Shown here one piece after another: positions 50,401 to 63,571 of a stretch of DNA of 64,000 nt. The stretch is taken from NCBI GenBank assembly GCA_043228905.1, contig JBHGNT010000002.1, positions 25,296,001 to 25,360,000 on the forward strand. The letters are read 5' to 3'. Every line of letters begins with the position of its first letter. Position 1 is the stretch's first letter. A model generated the notes under the pieces. The model saw only the letters and a list, made by a program, of their open reading frames with translations, searched no databases and had not been told where the DNA came from. The stretch comes from Azolla caroliniana (lineage: Eukaryota > Plantae > Polypodiophyta). The position numbers and the translations under genes were made by a program.

Positions 50401-53350
50401 ATGGAGTGGGAAGAGATTTTTTCATTACATATTGGGATTTGATTGCCGATCATGATCTACCGGAAGCATTTCAAGAAATGTTCAATATAGGTATTATGCC
50501 ACAAAAGCGGAAAGAGGGATTAATATGTCTTATTCCAAAAGGTGATGTTGTTACGGATGAGGTGAAGGGTTGGCGGCCCATTACTTTATTGAATACAATT
50601 TACAAAATTTATGCTAAGTTATTGGCTTTGAGATTACAACTTTTTCTTCCAGAGATTGTGCATGATTCACAGACGGGGTTTATGCAAGAACGTAGTATTT
50701 TTGACAATGTTTTTCTGTTTTGGGAATTAACAGGGATGACAATGAAGAATAAAGAAGATCTTGCGGTACTTTTATTAGATTTTCAAAAGGCATATGACAG
50801 AGTTGATTGGAACTTCATGGAAGGTTCGTTTTTGAGATTAAGTTTTCCTGCTCAATGGATTAGGGTTGTAGCTTCCTTGTATTGTGAGGCGTTTAGTTTA
50901 GTCTTGGTCGTCGGTGGGCAAACTAGAAAATTTTCTATTTCGTGTTCTATACGTCAAGGTTGTCCATTGGCCTCATTCCTGTTTTCGTTAGTAATGTAAA
51001 CATTCTCAATGTATTTAAATTCTTCTCAAGTTTCTCTGAAGGGTTTGCCTTTGCCTACCATGCAACAATAATTGTTGGATGCAGAATTTGCCTGCCATGC
51101 AACAACAATTTATGTTCAAGGTAATGATGAAAATTTAAGTAAATTCCAAGAAGTAATGGAGGAATTCTGTTTGGCCTCTGGAGCAAAGATAAATTGGCAT
51201 AAATCTCTTGGTTTTTGGGTATCACAAAATTCCTTGCCTACTTGGATGCCTCCGCAGGAATTCAAGTGGGTTCTTAATGGAACCACTACTCGTTACTTAG
51301 GTTGCCAAGTGGGACTTCATGTTACTGCAGATATGTTAGTTGCTCCTCTAATTGTAAAATTAAGGAGAAAATTGTTGCTTTAGGATTCGATTAACATGTC
51401 ACTTGCAGGTTGTGTACTTGTAGTTACCCAAGTTCTTTTAGCTACTATTTGGTATATTGCTTCAACTACATTGTTTGCTAGATCATGTATTTTACAGGTG
51501 CAACGTCTCATTCGTAATTACATTTGGGGAGGAAAACAAGTCAAGTAAAAGGCCTAAAGTAGCTTGGGCAGTATTGATTGCTCCGCGACAAAATGGGGGG
51601 TTGGGGCTGGTGGATCCAGAAGCAAAGTGTAAGGCTTTGCTTTCTAAATTTGTGTGTAGAGCTATGTTGCCAATGCAAGGTGTTTGGAGTCAGTTGATGA
51701 TGCATAGGTTGTCTACTATGTACCCGACAATAGGTGGAAAGTGGCAACCATCATTAAGATGGGGCTTTATTTAGAATTTTCATTTGTTTAAAACAACCTT
51801 ATCAGAAGATAAGTTTTTTAATGGAATTCTCACAAGTTGGTCTACTGTTAAAAAGTTTCTAGTTTGGAAGGTGCCTTCGACAACGGATGACTTGTTGAGA
51901 AAGCCCTTGACCTAGAACTTTCTCTTTTCAGATTCAAGGGGTTTTCTGCTTGGTAGCCATCCTCGGTTGAATTAGGCTTCTGTGGATGCATCAATAGCAA
52001 GTAATGTTCTATCATGGGGATCCTATGTTATGAATCAACCGTTACAATCTTTGCCGAGGCTTTTAGTTCGAGGAAGTGCTATTATGTGCAATGATATGCA
52101 AGTGGCATTGGGACAATTTATGGCTTCATGGTTCCCCTCTAGTGGATGAGGGTGGTAGGTTGTGGCATGTATTTTCTACATCAGATGTGTGGATGTCCGC
52201 AAATGTTTCAACTATTCGAGTAGTTGCAAGATCTGGAAAAAAATGATTCTAGGATCCACCATTTCAAGAATGCTTATGGTGTGGTTCATTGTGGGTTTTT
52301 CAAAAATAGTCGCTTTATAATTTGGATTGGGATCCAGCTGATTATCAATGGAAAAAACTGAATGCTAGTGGAAATGGTAAACATTTGGAGTTTTTCCAGT
52401 ATTCAGCTAAGCCAGGTAGAAATTTATTATTGCAATCAAAGTATAAATGCCCTGCTGCCATGAAGCATTGGACTGCAAATAATGTGAATGCATTTCAACT
52501 TACAAAATTTTGGAAATGGTTGTGGAGTATGCAGTTGCCGAAAAAGTGATTTGTTTTTGTTGGTTGTTGATGCATTATGCTCTTCCTCTTGGTGATTGGT
52601 TGAGGCAAAATCAACAATATGCTTGTGGAATGCATTGTGGTGCATATACAGAATCTATTTTACATTTGTTTTGGTTATGTCCCAAAATCAAGCAATTCTG
52701 GAGTAAGTTGTTTTTATTACTGAGACACCATTATTCTCGTTCTATTTTCTTGTGGGGTGCAATATTTTATGGGTTGTCCTTCATGGAGATGTTATGAAGT
52801 ATGAAAGTATGCATGCTTCTCATGTCTTTCACTTTTCCAATGGGTACATCTATCTCACTTCATTTCCATCATTTATTCCATGGTTTAGAACTGAATTTTG
52901 GTTATTTGGCGTACTATTACGTCATTAGCTCTTTGGACAATATGGAAAATGAGATGTGAGGTTGTTTTTAATAATGCTCACATACATCTCAGTACTATGC
53001 TTATTGAATTCTAGTTGTTATTTGTCCATACCATATACATGGGCAATATAATGATCTGTAGGGTTCAACTAATGCTCAAGGGCAACGTCAAGTGGACTTT
53101 AAGAAACGATGGCGAGGGCTTCACTTATTTTCAGATACAACTTCTGGTATGAAGTGGAATTATGCCATACCTTCTTATAATGTGTTAATAAAGACTTTTC
53201 CCATGGCCAATTGCCAGTAGTATTACAAACTAATGAAGGTCATTGACCCATTTTCATTATGGCATTTGTAGCATACCCATCAAGTAGGAGATGGGAAATG
53301 TACATTGTTCTATGTATACTAGTACACTTAAGAAGCAAATCTAGTCTGTT
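41460..53350 (+). mobile_element. Decayed L1-clade LINE (ORF1 + ORF2) interrupted by a 227-bp tandem array
   Basis: ORF1 DUF4283-like with zinc knuckle CFSCKKIGHLAKDC (~42090). ORF2 from 42819: endonuclease ILSWNLQGLG, GDWN, SRIDRFY, SDHAPI; RT SPGVDG, WRPITLLN, LDFQKAYDRVDW, IRQGCPL; zf-RVT C..C...ESILHLFWLCP. Many stops and frameshifts; the RT catalytic FADD is decayed to FACH. Ends approximate. Confidence 0.92.
43556..49913. repeat. Tandem array of 28 x 227 bp derived from LINE ORF2
   Basis: 27 identical 64-aa ORFs spaced exactly 227 bp, plus a 28th unit. Unit starts TGCCCCAATT.TGCCCAAATTTTG and ends CACTAGAAATT; TG microhomology at the junction. Confidence 0.98.
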
Positions 53351-53954
53351 AGGAGGCACATTTATTTATTTTCTCCTACTTGATTGGCCTTTGTGGGAGA
53401 TTGTTGTAACATGTGCACCTTAGGTGAGTGGGTAGAGAGATAAGTTGATGCTTAGTGTAAACCCTTTAAACATGATATAAAAGAGTGGAAGCTAGGTGCT
53501 AAGGGGGGGTTTGTCTTGTGACTAACAATGCACCTTCTTGTGATACTTGCCTACGGTATCTTGTAAGATTATCATGGATAACTACAACATAATTGCTCGA
53601 CAATTTTGTTACCATATTTGTGTATGTTATCCAATACCTTCTTGTTGCATACTTCCATTTGACTATTGTGTTATGTAAGCTTCTTTGTGCTTGCATAGTT
53701 TCTACATCTTGCAATTGTAACCGTTGAGGATCTATGATTATACTCTTGCACAAGGTGACCTTTTAGCAAATCTTGAAATTCTATGATTACCGCTACATCC
53801 AACAAATATATCATGCATACATATTTGAATAAATGAAAGAAAATGTTAACTTTTCGCATAAAAAAATGTTATGAGGTGTTCAAAACGTTTTTTGTCATGG
53901 GGACAGAGTGAATCAAGTTATTGTGCAAGAATATACAATTATGGAGAGAGAAGT

Positions 53955-55255
53955 TCGTGTCCGTGGGAAAAGTCTTTATTAACACATTATAAGAAGGTAT
54001 GGCATAATTCTACCTCAGACCAAAAGTTGTATCTGAAAATAAGTGAAGCCCTTGCCATCATTTCTTAAAGTCCACTTGTCATTGCCATAGAACATTAATT
54101 GAACCTTGCAGATCATCATATTGACCACGTAGTGTATGGACAAATAACAACTAGAATTCAATAAGCATGGTGCGGAGATGTATGTGAGCATTTTTAAAAA
54201 CGACATCACATCTCCCTTTCAATATTATCCAAAGAGCTAATGACGTAAATAGTACACCAAATAACCAAATTTTCAATTCTAAACCGTGGAATAGAAGATG
54301 GAAATGAGGTGAGATAGAGGTGTCCGTGGGAAAAGTGAAAGACATGAGAAGCATGCCTACTTTCATACTTCATAACATCGCCATGAAGGACATCCCATAA
54401 TACTGCACCCCACGAGAAAATAGAATGTTCAGCAATAAAAATAGCTTACTCCAAAATTGCTTAATCCTAGGACATAACCAAAACACATGCAAAATAGATT
54501 CCATCAATGCACCTGCACCACAATGCATTCCACAAGCATATTGCTGATTTTGCCTCAACCAATCACCAAGAGGAAGAGCATAATGCATCAACAACCAGAG
54601 AAAACAAATCACTTTTTCCGGCAACTGCATACTCCACAACCATTTCCAAAATTTGGTAAGTTGCAATGCATTCACCTTATTTGCAATCTAATGCTTCATG
54701 GGGCCTTTATACTTTGATTGCAACAATAAATTTCTACTTACGTTGTCAAAGGCATCTTCCGAACTAGAAACTTTTTAACAACTGAGTCCCAACTTGTGAG
54801 AATTCCATTAAAAAATCTATCTTTTGATAAGGTTGTTTTAAACAAATGAAAATTCTAAATAAAGGCCCACCTTAATGAGGGTTGCCACATTCCACCTATT
54901 GTCGGACACATAGTAGACAACATATGCATCATCGGCTGACTCCAAACACCTTGCATTGGCAACATAGCTCTACACACAAATTTAGAAAGCAAAGCCTTAC
55001 ATTGTGCTTCCGAATCCACCAGGCCCAACCCACCATTTTGTCGCGGAGCAATCAATACTACCCAAGCTACGTTAGGCCTTTTATCTTGACCTGTTTTTCA
55101 TCCCCAAATGTAATTGTGAATGAGGTGTTGCACTTGCAAAATACATGATCTAACAAACAACATAATAGAAGCAATATACCAAATAGTTGCTAGAAGAACT
55201 TCGTTAGCTACAAGTTACACGACCTACAAATGACAGGTTAACTGAATCCCAAAGA
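53955..55255 (-). mobile_element. 5'-truncated, internally deleted fragment of the same LINE family, inverted
   Basis: Minus ORFs IAPRQNGGLGLVD..CKALLSKFVCRAMLPMQGVWSQ and FWKWLWSMQLP..CGMHCG..ESILH.FWLCP match 51457-52797. Confidence 0.9.
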
Positions 55256-55694
55256 CCTAATCAGTAATCAATTATGAAATATATATTTGTGTTTATTAAA
55301 TATATAATGATTAGATAAGAAATATATGAGATATCTCAACCATATAGAAAAATGTTAATTGAAAATTATGTGCACTTCATTTAATTAGTGCGGAAATGAT
55401 ACATGGAGGGAAGTGGTTCATATGGGATGAAAAGGGCAGAGAATAAGGACCAAATTGTGGCCCAAAAAATTATTTTTTACATAAGAGTTATTGCTCCCTT
55501 ATACAAGATGGAAACCCTAAAGTGTCTTGTTGATGTTACCCCATTTGGCATTCACGAGTTCCCGCTTATAAAGGGCGGCTTCTCTCAAATTACGTTGTAA
55601 CCATGTTTCTTGCATACATTTGACTTAGCATCAACATTTTAAAATGGTAATATTAAGTCTAAAGGTTTGTTAAACCTAAGGAAATTGACATTAT

Positions 55695-55821
55695 TGATGA
55701 CGATAATATGTAGAAGATGATTAAGGACCTGTTAATCAGTCTAGCAAACAACACTAGTGAAGAAGGTGTGCACTGTGATAAGAATCAAGAAGATGAAAGT
55801 AGACCATTGTACACACACGGA

Positions 55822-55867
<46 letters not shown>

Positions 55868-56613
55868 TGCTCAAAGAAGACGATCTTACATTAACCTTCG
55901 AATTCAATCTTTACAAGGTAAGTAACCCGCTTATATAGTTAGGTTAGCTATGTGTTCACACTAGAGATAGAAGGTGGGCGGAGTGGGACTTTTATCCCAA
56001 CAAACTCCCCCCGTAAAGGAAATACTCTATCTACATACACTGATATGGGGTTATCTCCCTCGTAAGCTTAAATTGCAGCTTAAATTTAAACTATAATGTA
56101 TGTTACAAGCTAATTGGTTGGTAACTGATTAGGCAAAGATAAAGTCAGCTTGTTCGAATGCTCGCCTAGTCGGCTTGGCTTAATTGCGCCATGCAATTAG
56201 CATGTCGTTGACATATAGTATCATGTAGATCCGGAACTAATCGAGCAGTCGCCGAGTGTACATACATGGGTCAGAATCGGTTCGGCTGTAGCCAAGTTTT
56301 CTAATGTAGGAGTCAAACTTCTGGTACGACATCCTCAACACTTCTTTTAAGCTATAAAGGATTTTCTTCAGTCGACATATGACGTTTGTATTTGGGTTTT
56401 TCCGAATCATTGTGCTCCTACTCATTGCCTACCTTCTGTAGCGTAAGTATTTCACACACAAGCAACAACCGAACACCAAAAGAGAAAACTCCGCATATAA
56501 AACAAAAACAAAGAGGAGGATGAGGAAGAGAGGGAGAAGTATTGTCCTCTATTACAATAGTAGTAGTAGTGGTAGTGTTGCCATACCCAAAGAGCTTAAT
56601 ACACACACAGAGG

Positions 56614-56650
<37 letters not shown>

Positions 56651-58581
56651 CTTCTCAAGGGGGGTTGGCCCTTCGGGTGCACCAAGTGTTGACACCCCCC
56701 TCCCAACGGGGTTCGAACATGTAGGGAGAGAGACACACACAGAGAATGAGAGGGAAAATCGAGACAGACACAAGTCGAGGGTAATTGCACTATACTTCTC
56801 TCCTCCTTTCATGCCCCATGGGTGGGGTTTAAATAGTCCAAGATAATACAAAAAGTAAAATGGGAGTTGTTACAACTTACACCTACTTACCCCACTCTTG
56901 TACACATGCACACAAAAAGCCAAATGTACATGTGTACACACTCTTCTCACACATTTATGTTTACACATTACACCTTAACCCTCCCACACACCTATACGGG
57001 TAACACACTTTGTTGCATGGGGTACCACCTTGGTCCTTTTCTCCCTGGGTATGAAGGTGTAGGCTTTGCATCCGATAATGAGAAGCTTGTTGTAGGCCGG
57101 TTGTTTGTCTGACCATAGTGCATGTGGCACTTCGAGGCGTATTGCTCTCAATGAGGACAGATTGGTCAAGTATATTGTCCTCTACAATGCTTCGGCTAAG
57201 AATTCCAGTTTCAATCCGGATTGTTGGAGCATTTTCATCACTCTCTCTTGGCTCATTTGGTTGATCCATTCTGCCACATTGTTTTGCATGAGAGTATAAG
57301 GAACGGTCTTTTGATGTCAAATCCCGTTGTCAGACAAGTACAGTTTGAATGCTCGGGAGGCGTATTCACCTCCGTTGTCGGATAGGAGTGTCTTCACTCA
57401 GTATTCTGACCGGTTCTATACTTCAACTAACTAGCAAGTCAAAACATTCAACGCTTCGTCTTTTGACCTAATTGAATAGGCTCAGACTTTTCGAGTACAA
57501 TCATCTACAAATGTGATGAAGTACCGGGAGCCTCCTAGTGGCATCGGTCCACATATATCTGTGTGGACTAGTTCTAGGGGTTGTCGTACTGTCTCATAGT
57601 GGAGAGAGTGCATACTTCAGGTCTGTTTCCCATAGCGACAATGCTCAGAGAAGTTCGTCTTTGTCTGAAGCTTCGGGATGTAGACAATCGCCATCAGTTG
57701 GTCTAGTCATGCTTGTGACATATGCCCAAGTCAGCCATGCCATATGTTCAAGTCCCGCGATTTGGCTATGTTCACTTCGAGTAGCGGGCTTCTGCCGAGT
57801 CGTTGATGGTGAGCCCATTGATTTTCGTCAAATATCCTCAATGAGGACTTGTCCGATTGTTTTTTCCAAATTCAGCTTTGGACAGTTGTTGGTGAAAGTC
57901 GTACATAATACCTCCCAACTCATATGCAAGCTCAAAAGTAAAGTAAGGGCTTTCATTTCTTCTTCAAAGTTAATCCCTTGGGAGAAGAGTTCGGATAACA
58001 CCCGGTTGAAGGTGTTAATGTGGGAGGTCGTCAGACCTGTCTCTCTCATCTTCATATTGAACAACTGACAGATCAATATGAGCTTTGATGAGGAGGATTG
58101 CTTTTCATAAACGGCTTGGAGCTTCTCCCACAAGGTAAATGTTGTCGTTTCTTTGGCCATGCTAAAGTAGATGCTCTCAGTCAGATGCATTCGAATGGTC
58201 GACCTAGCTATTTCATCCAGTGAGCGCCATTTGTTTGTTGTCATTGAGGTTGCCTTGTTGTTGTGTCGTATTGCCTTGATTTGGCATTGTATGGTCAGTA
58301 TATCCTGCATCGTCTCCTTCCATAGGGTAAAGTTCTTGACGTCAAACTTTCGGATTTCTACTCTCGTACCAGATGTAGAAGCCATGTTCTGTAGGAAGTA
58401 AGATTTTTCTAACCTGGTCCTTTCCTTCAGCTGATACCACTTGATGACAATAATATGCAGAAGATATTAAGGACATGTCAATTAGTCTAGCAAACAACAC
58501 AAGTAGTGAAGAAGGTGTGCATTGTGATAAGAATCAAGAAGATGAAAGTAGACAGTTGCACAGAGAGAGAGAGAGAGAGAG

Positions 58582-58615
<34 letters not shown>

Positions 58616-58755
58616 TGATGTGCTCAAAGAAGACTATCTTACATTAACCTTCGAACTCAATCTTTACAACGTAAGTATCCCACTTATATAGTTAGGTTAA
58701 CTATGTGTTAATACTAAAGATACAAGATGGGCGGAGTGGGACTTTTATCCCAACA
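55695..58755 (-). mobile_element. Internally deleted Ty1/copia element with both LTRs (55695-56002, 58442-58755)
   Basis: 5-bp TSD ATTAT; PBS TGGTATCAG at 58431-58439; PPT ~56003-56013; gag MASTSGTRVEIRKFD..NFTLWK; INT and RT remnants (SDNGGEY; CRLKK.LY.LK..DPCMY; YVDDML). Confidence 0.92.
56437..56972. mobile_element. Solo LTR nested in the copia element
   Basis: TGTA...TACA termini; near-perfect 5-bp TSD CCTTC/CCTTA; (GA)n tract; TATA-like TATTTAAA on the minus strand. Confidence 0.65.
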
Positions 58756-59771
58756 ATTATTTCCCAGAACAAATACCTTCACCAAAGAAACTTGAGGGAC
58801 ACTTAAAGTGATTGTAATTTGTGACATTCCTTTTCCTAAAGAGGAGATAAACTTAAGGGAGACGTTAAGAAGGCATAGATGATTTGTCTTTGTCTCTCCA
58901 CAATAAATTGAATGTGGTAATCTAATGTTCATAGAGTTGATGATGTTTTTCATTGTGCCACATACATTTTGGAAATTGAAGTCAATCCGAGTTCTAAGGG
59001 CTCGTATGCCACAGTTGATGACCTACTAAAAGAGAATATATGAAAGGTTATATTAGGATCTTCTAGTAATGTCTTGTACTCAAACAACTAGTTCATTGTG
59101 TCAAAGAAAAATCAGTCTTTGTTGAGTGAGCAAGCTCAACATGGGCCGGATCGGCTGAAACAGCCGAGAGTCGGATCAAACAGAAACCGATCGGTGGGGA
59201 GCCTGGCCGTTGAGACCGATAGAGGAATACTTTTGGGAGTTAGTGTCAGTAGCTCATTTATGAGCATTGACATACACGTCGATCCTTTTGAGGACTTGTA
59301 TAAATAGTGCTCATTGAGCACATTGCATGCACAAATATTTGATTTTCTTGAATCAAGTATTGTTGTCTTTTTGAATGCCAAGATGCACCCTCAGCAGGGC
59401 ACCCTGGGGTACATCACACACTCGTTCTCATCTCCACTCAATTCTATTGGCCTAAGATGTGTCTTGACATACATAATTGTGCAACTAAATGCCACTAATG
59501 TTAGGTTAACAAAGCCAAGTGACTTAAAGTCGTTGACCTTTTACATCCCTTGGAAATTCCCAACAATAAATGGGAATAGTATATCCATGGATTTTATTGT
59601 TAGCCTTCCTCGCACCCAAAAAGGCCATGATGCCATATGGGTTGTGGTTGATAAACTAACTAAAATGGCTAGATTTATTGCTACTAAAACTAGGTAACAA
59701 CTCCTGAATTGGCTTACCAATTCGGTGATGAGTTATTTCATTTTTATGGGTTATCAATGGATCTTGTGAGT

Positions 59772-60322
59772 AATCGAGATCCAAAGTTTAATAGTGACTT
59801 TTGGACGCAAGTCTTCAAGAAGTTAGAAACTACATTGAGCATGAGCTCTACGGATCATCCTCAATCTGATGGATAGATAGAACGAGTAAATCAAATTATT
59901 GAGGACATGCTTCAAGCATACGTTGGAGCAAAGCCAACAAAATGGGACCATTATCTCCCAAATTTGGAGTTTTGCTTACAACAGCTCTAAGCATACATTG
60001 ACGGGATATAGTCCTTTTATGTTGATGTATGGTTTTCAGCTAACAATCGAGATCCAAAGTTTAATAGTGACTTTTGGACGCAAGTCTTTAAGAAGTTAGA
60101 AACTACATTGAGCATGAGCTCCACGGATCATCCTCAATCTTATGGATAGATAGAACGGGTAAATCAAATTATTGAGGACATGCTTCAAGCATACGTTGGA
60201 GCAAAGCCAACAAAATGGGACCATTATCTCCCAAATTTGGAGTTTTGCTTACAACAGCTCTAAGCATACATTGACGAGATATAGTCCTTTTATGTTGATA
60301 TATGGTTTTCAGCTAACAATCG
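59772..60322. repeat. Tandem duplication (2 x 273 bp) in the chromovirus integrase
   Basis: ORFs 59899 and 60172 are offset by 273 bp; AATCG microhomology at the junction. Confidence 0.9.
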
Positions 60323-60721
60323 GCAACGGTTCCGTTCCGTTTAAATTTTTTGAAACCTGAACCAAACTAAACCACGAAACCGTTAAATCATTTTCAAACC
60401 GTAAAAACCGTGGTTTGGTTTTGGTTTTCAACATAGGTCAAAATTTTAATTTTTTAAAATTTATAATATTTCATTATTTTAAATTTATAAATTTTTTAAG
60501 ATGTTCCTAAAATGTGAGAATAAGGTCTAAAAATGAAAAGATTGTTTAAAAACAATTTTTAAATTAAAAAAAAAACGTTAAACCGTTTAAACCGCGGTTT
60601 ATAGCTGTTAAAACCGAACTGAATCGTTTTAAAAAACCTAAACCCGAACCGAACAGTTGAAGTCGTTAAGCCGCGGTTTCGCGGTTCGATTCGGTTCAAA
60701 CCGAACCGTTGCCAATTGTTA
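60314..60721. mobile_element. hAT-type MITE
   Basis: TIRs TAACAATCGGCAACGGTT / AACCGTTGCCAATTGTTA; 8-bp TSD TTTTCAGC (60306-60313, 60722-60729); AAACCG subterminal motifs. Confidence 0.9.
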
Positions 60722-63571
60722 TTTTCAGCCATGAGCCTCGATTGATGTTAATATACATCATGATGAGTTGCGAAGTACGCAAAACTTTCTTTGGGATATG
60801 CAAGATATATTCCATATTGCACAAGATAATATAAAACAACTCAAAATAGAGTGTGTTTGTATGTTGATCATAATAAGCAACCTCGTGTAATCAACCTTGG
60901 ATAGAAGGTAGTATTTTTACATGTACCCCACAATTCTAAGACATTGTCTACAGGTAAGTGCGCTAAGTTAGCCCCATGGTTTTGTGGACCTTTTACAGTC
61001 CTCAAACACATTGGTTCATAAGCCTATTGTCTCACTCTTCTTGATGGCGTCAAAATCCATCTAGTTTTTCATGTAAGTCGTCTAAAAGAACTTATTGGTT
61101 CTAGCAACAATACAATTACAACTGAAACTCTAGTTACTTCTAAAGAATGATCTTCTAAACCACACGTACCAGAGAAAAATCTTAATGTTAAAACGAAACA
61201 TTTGCATTCTAAAAATAATACGAGAATTTAAAATAAAATGGATGGATAAGTCTATAATAGATGCCACATGGGAACAAGGAAATACTCTTAGAGCTAACTT
61301 CCCTAACTTTTTATTACAAGAGTGCAATGTTTTAAAGGGGGGGGGAGGGGGCATGTTACGGGCATGACCATATAATATCTTGTGGCAAGTTGTACCGTAG
61401 TATTCTATACACGTGGATAAAGTGTGACGGTTAAATGAGAGTGTATAAAAGGGAGGATTACTTTTAATCCTAGAGATTGAGACAACCCATTAAGGTCAAG
61501 TGTGAACTTGCTTGGGGGCCTTAGGTCTGGCTATAAATATGAGGCCTAGCTACCCTCATTTGATATCTTTTGACTATGTCAAGCCTCTGACCTCATGATG
61601 ATTAAACTCTTGTAGCGAGCGTGCCAGTACCAGGTACGACTCGATGCCACGACAATGGTATGGGACGCCGATCGAGGATTGAGTCTGTCGCGATCCGTTT
61701 GCTTGGGGGTGGTCGGATGGATCGACACCCTTCTCTTGCTCTCCTCTCTTATTTTTCTATCTATTATTTCCTTATCATATGTTTACATTATGACTAAGCT
61801 CTTAACAAGATATTACATGAATAGATGCATGGAATGATAGTAGGACAAAGACCTTGTATATCAATGGTTATTAATGAACTCTCTCGTCTATTAAGGGTGT
61901 TTCCTATTGTCTCCTCGAACTTGTACTACTTAGATTCTTTTTTTTGGCCAACCACTTCTTCTAGAATTTATGTATCACTCAAAGTCATAGATAGCCTTTA
62001 AGTCTTGAGGTATTCTTCATCCCCTCTAATCGCATCAAACTTCAACCCTTGTACTCAAATCACTCATCCTTTTGGTAGTCATATAGTGTTGTTTCCATTA
62101 CTCTATCAACACCCTCCTCCTTTACCTCTTCCCCGTGTCACTTCACCATTTTCTATATTGATCAAGGTCATACACAACTATGAGGTCTCGAGGCATTCTT
62201 TGCCTTGGTCATTCCCTTGAACTACAATCTTTATACTCTAGTTATTCTCATCTCCTTTGGATAATATTATGGTTGTCTTTCTCACTTTATCAATGTCATC
62301 TTCCTTTATCTCTCATATTTTCGAGCTTCATATTTATTTAGTGTAGATCCATCATCTATGGGCCCATCCATTACTTTGATGCACTCGTCAAACCCTTAAT
62401 TTCACAATATACCCATAATATGGTCGAACATACTCACGTTAATTCCTTTGCCATCAACGTCGTCACCTTTCTTGGGTACTCTTCTCTACTCCATCGAGGT
62501 CATCACCTTCCTTAGGTACTCTTCTCTACTCCATTGGGGTCACCTTGATGCAACATCTCAATAGATTGTATGTTGCACAAACAGAAGTATTCAATTTGGC
62601 TATTCCACTCTTCACCCTTGAACATTTCCTTTGAGTCATACGCCATTAGTAAGATCTTGAGTTCATTCTCTCTTGATGCATCCATATCTACCTTGCACAA
62701 TTTTGTAGTGTGGTTCACCAAAGGATATCGTGGGAGGCCGTGTTGCACGCTCACGAGCATGTGCATGGTCTCTATTCACGGCGAGTGAAGATGATATAGA
62801 TAAGCTTTCATTTCAAGAGAATCAATCAGATGAACAGAGCTCGGATCAGGTTTAAAACAAAAAATGAGGCTAGAGATTCTACTCTTAGGATGGAGTGACA
62901 AAGAGAAGGAAGCATATGGAAATCAAAATTAAATTACAGATACACAACACGTACCAAAGAAAGGGAAGCAAAAAGCGGAGATCTGTTAAGGCATCGGTCT
63001 ACCGGGTTCCCGACAACCGTGGCTAAGAACATCGGGGAAGCAGAAAGCGGAGATATGTTATGGCACCAATGTACCGGGGCCCCAACAAGCATGGTTTAAG
63101 AACATCGGGGTCCGCTCACTGTCCGGGGGGGGGGGGGGGGGGGGGGGGTGTTGCTTGTTGTGGGAAGAACCCCGAGAAACGTGTCAAGTATAGAGATGGC
63201 ATGGCGGCAGTTTGGCATGTGAAAGAACGAACGAACGAATGCTGAAAAGCTTGAGTGAGGGTAAGAGAGATCAGCCCTCGAGGTGGAGATTGGATCAGGA
63301 TGGGCAGGCCATTTGGGGGAAGGAGGAGAATGGCCACGATGGACATTGGACATACAAAGAAAGAAAGAAGGGAGGAAATAATAATGTCTTTGGGCAAATG
63401 GACAAGTCACAAGACAACAGCAGAAAGAGTAGGTGTAGAGGAGGAGGAAGGAGAAGAAGAAGAAGAAGAAGAAGAAGAAACAGAGGAGAGATTGAAGAAG
63501 AAGAAGAAGAAGAAGAAGAAGAAGGAGAAAAGGAAGAAGAAAAGAAGGTGGGGGGGGGGAAAAGAAAGACG

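Larger units (their letters stand above)
59560..61807 (+). mobile_element. Chromovirus (Ty3/gypsy) 3' remnant: integrase, chromodomain, PPT and 3' LTR
   Basis: SISMDFIVSLPRTQKGHDAIWVVVDKLTKMARF; HPQSDG; PWFCGPF; VFHVSRLK; KIKW...SIIDATWE; G-rich PPT ~61334-61352; LTR TGTTA(61354)...TAACA(61807). Confidence 0.85.

Noticed and set aside
62460-63110. Short imperfect duplications (~40 bp and ~72 bp)
   Set aside because: Two-copy, diverged, with no termini or coding signal; too weak to interpret.
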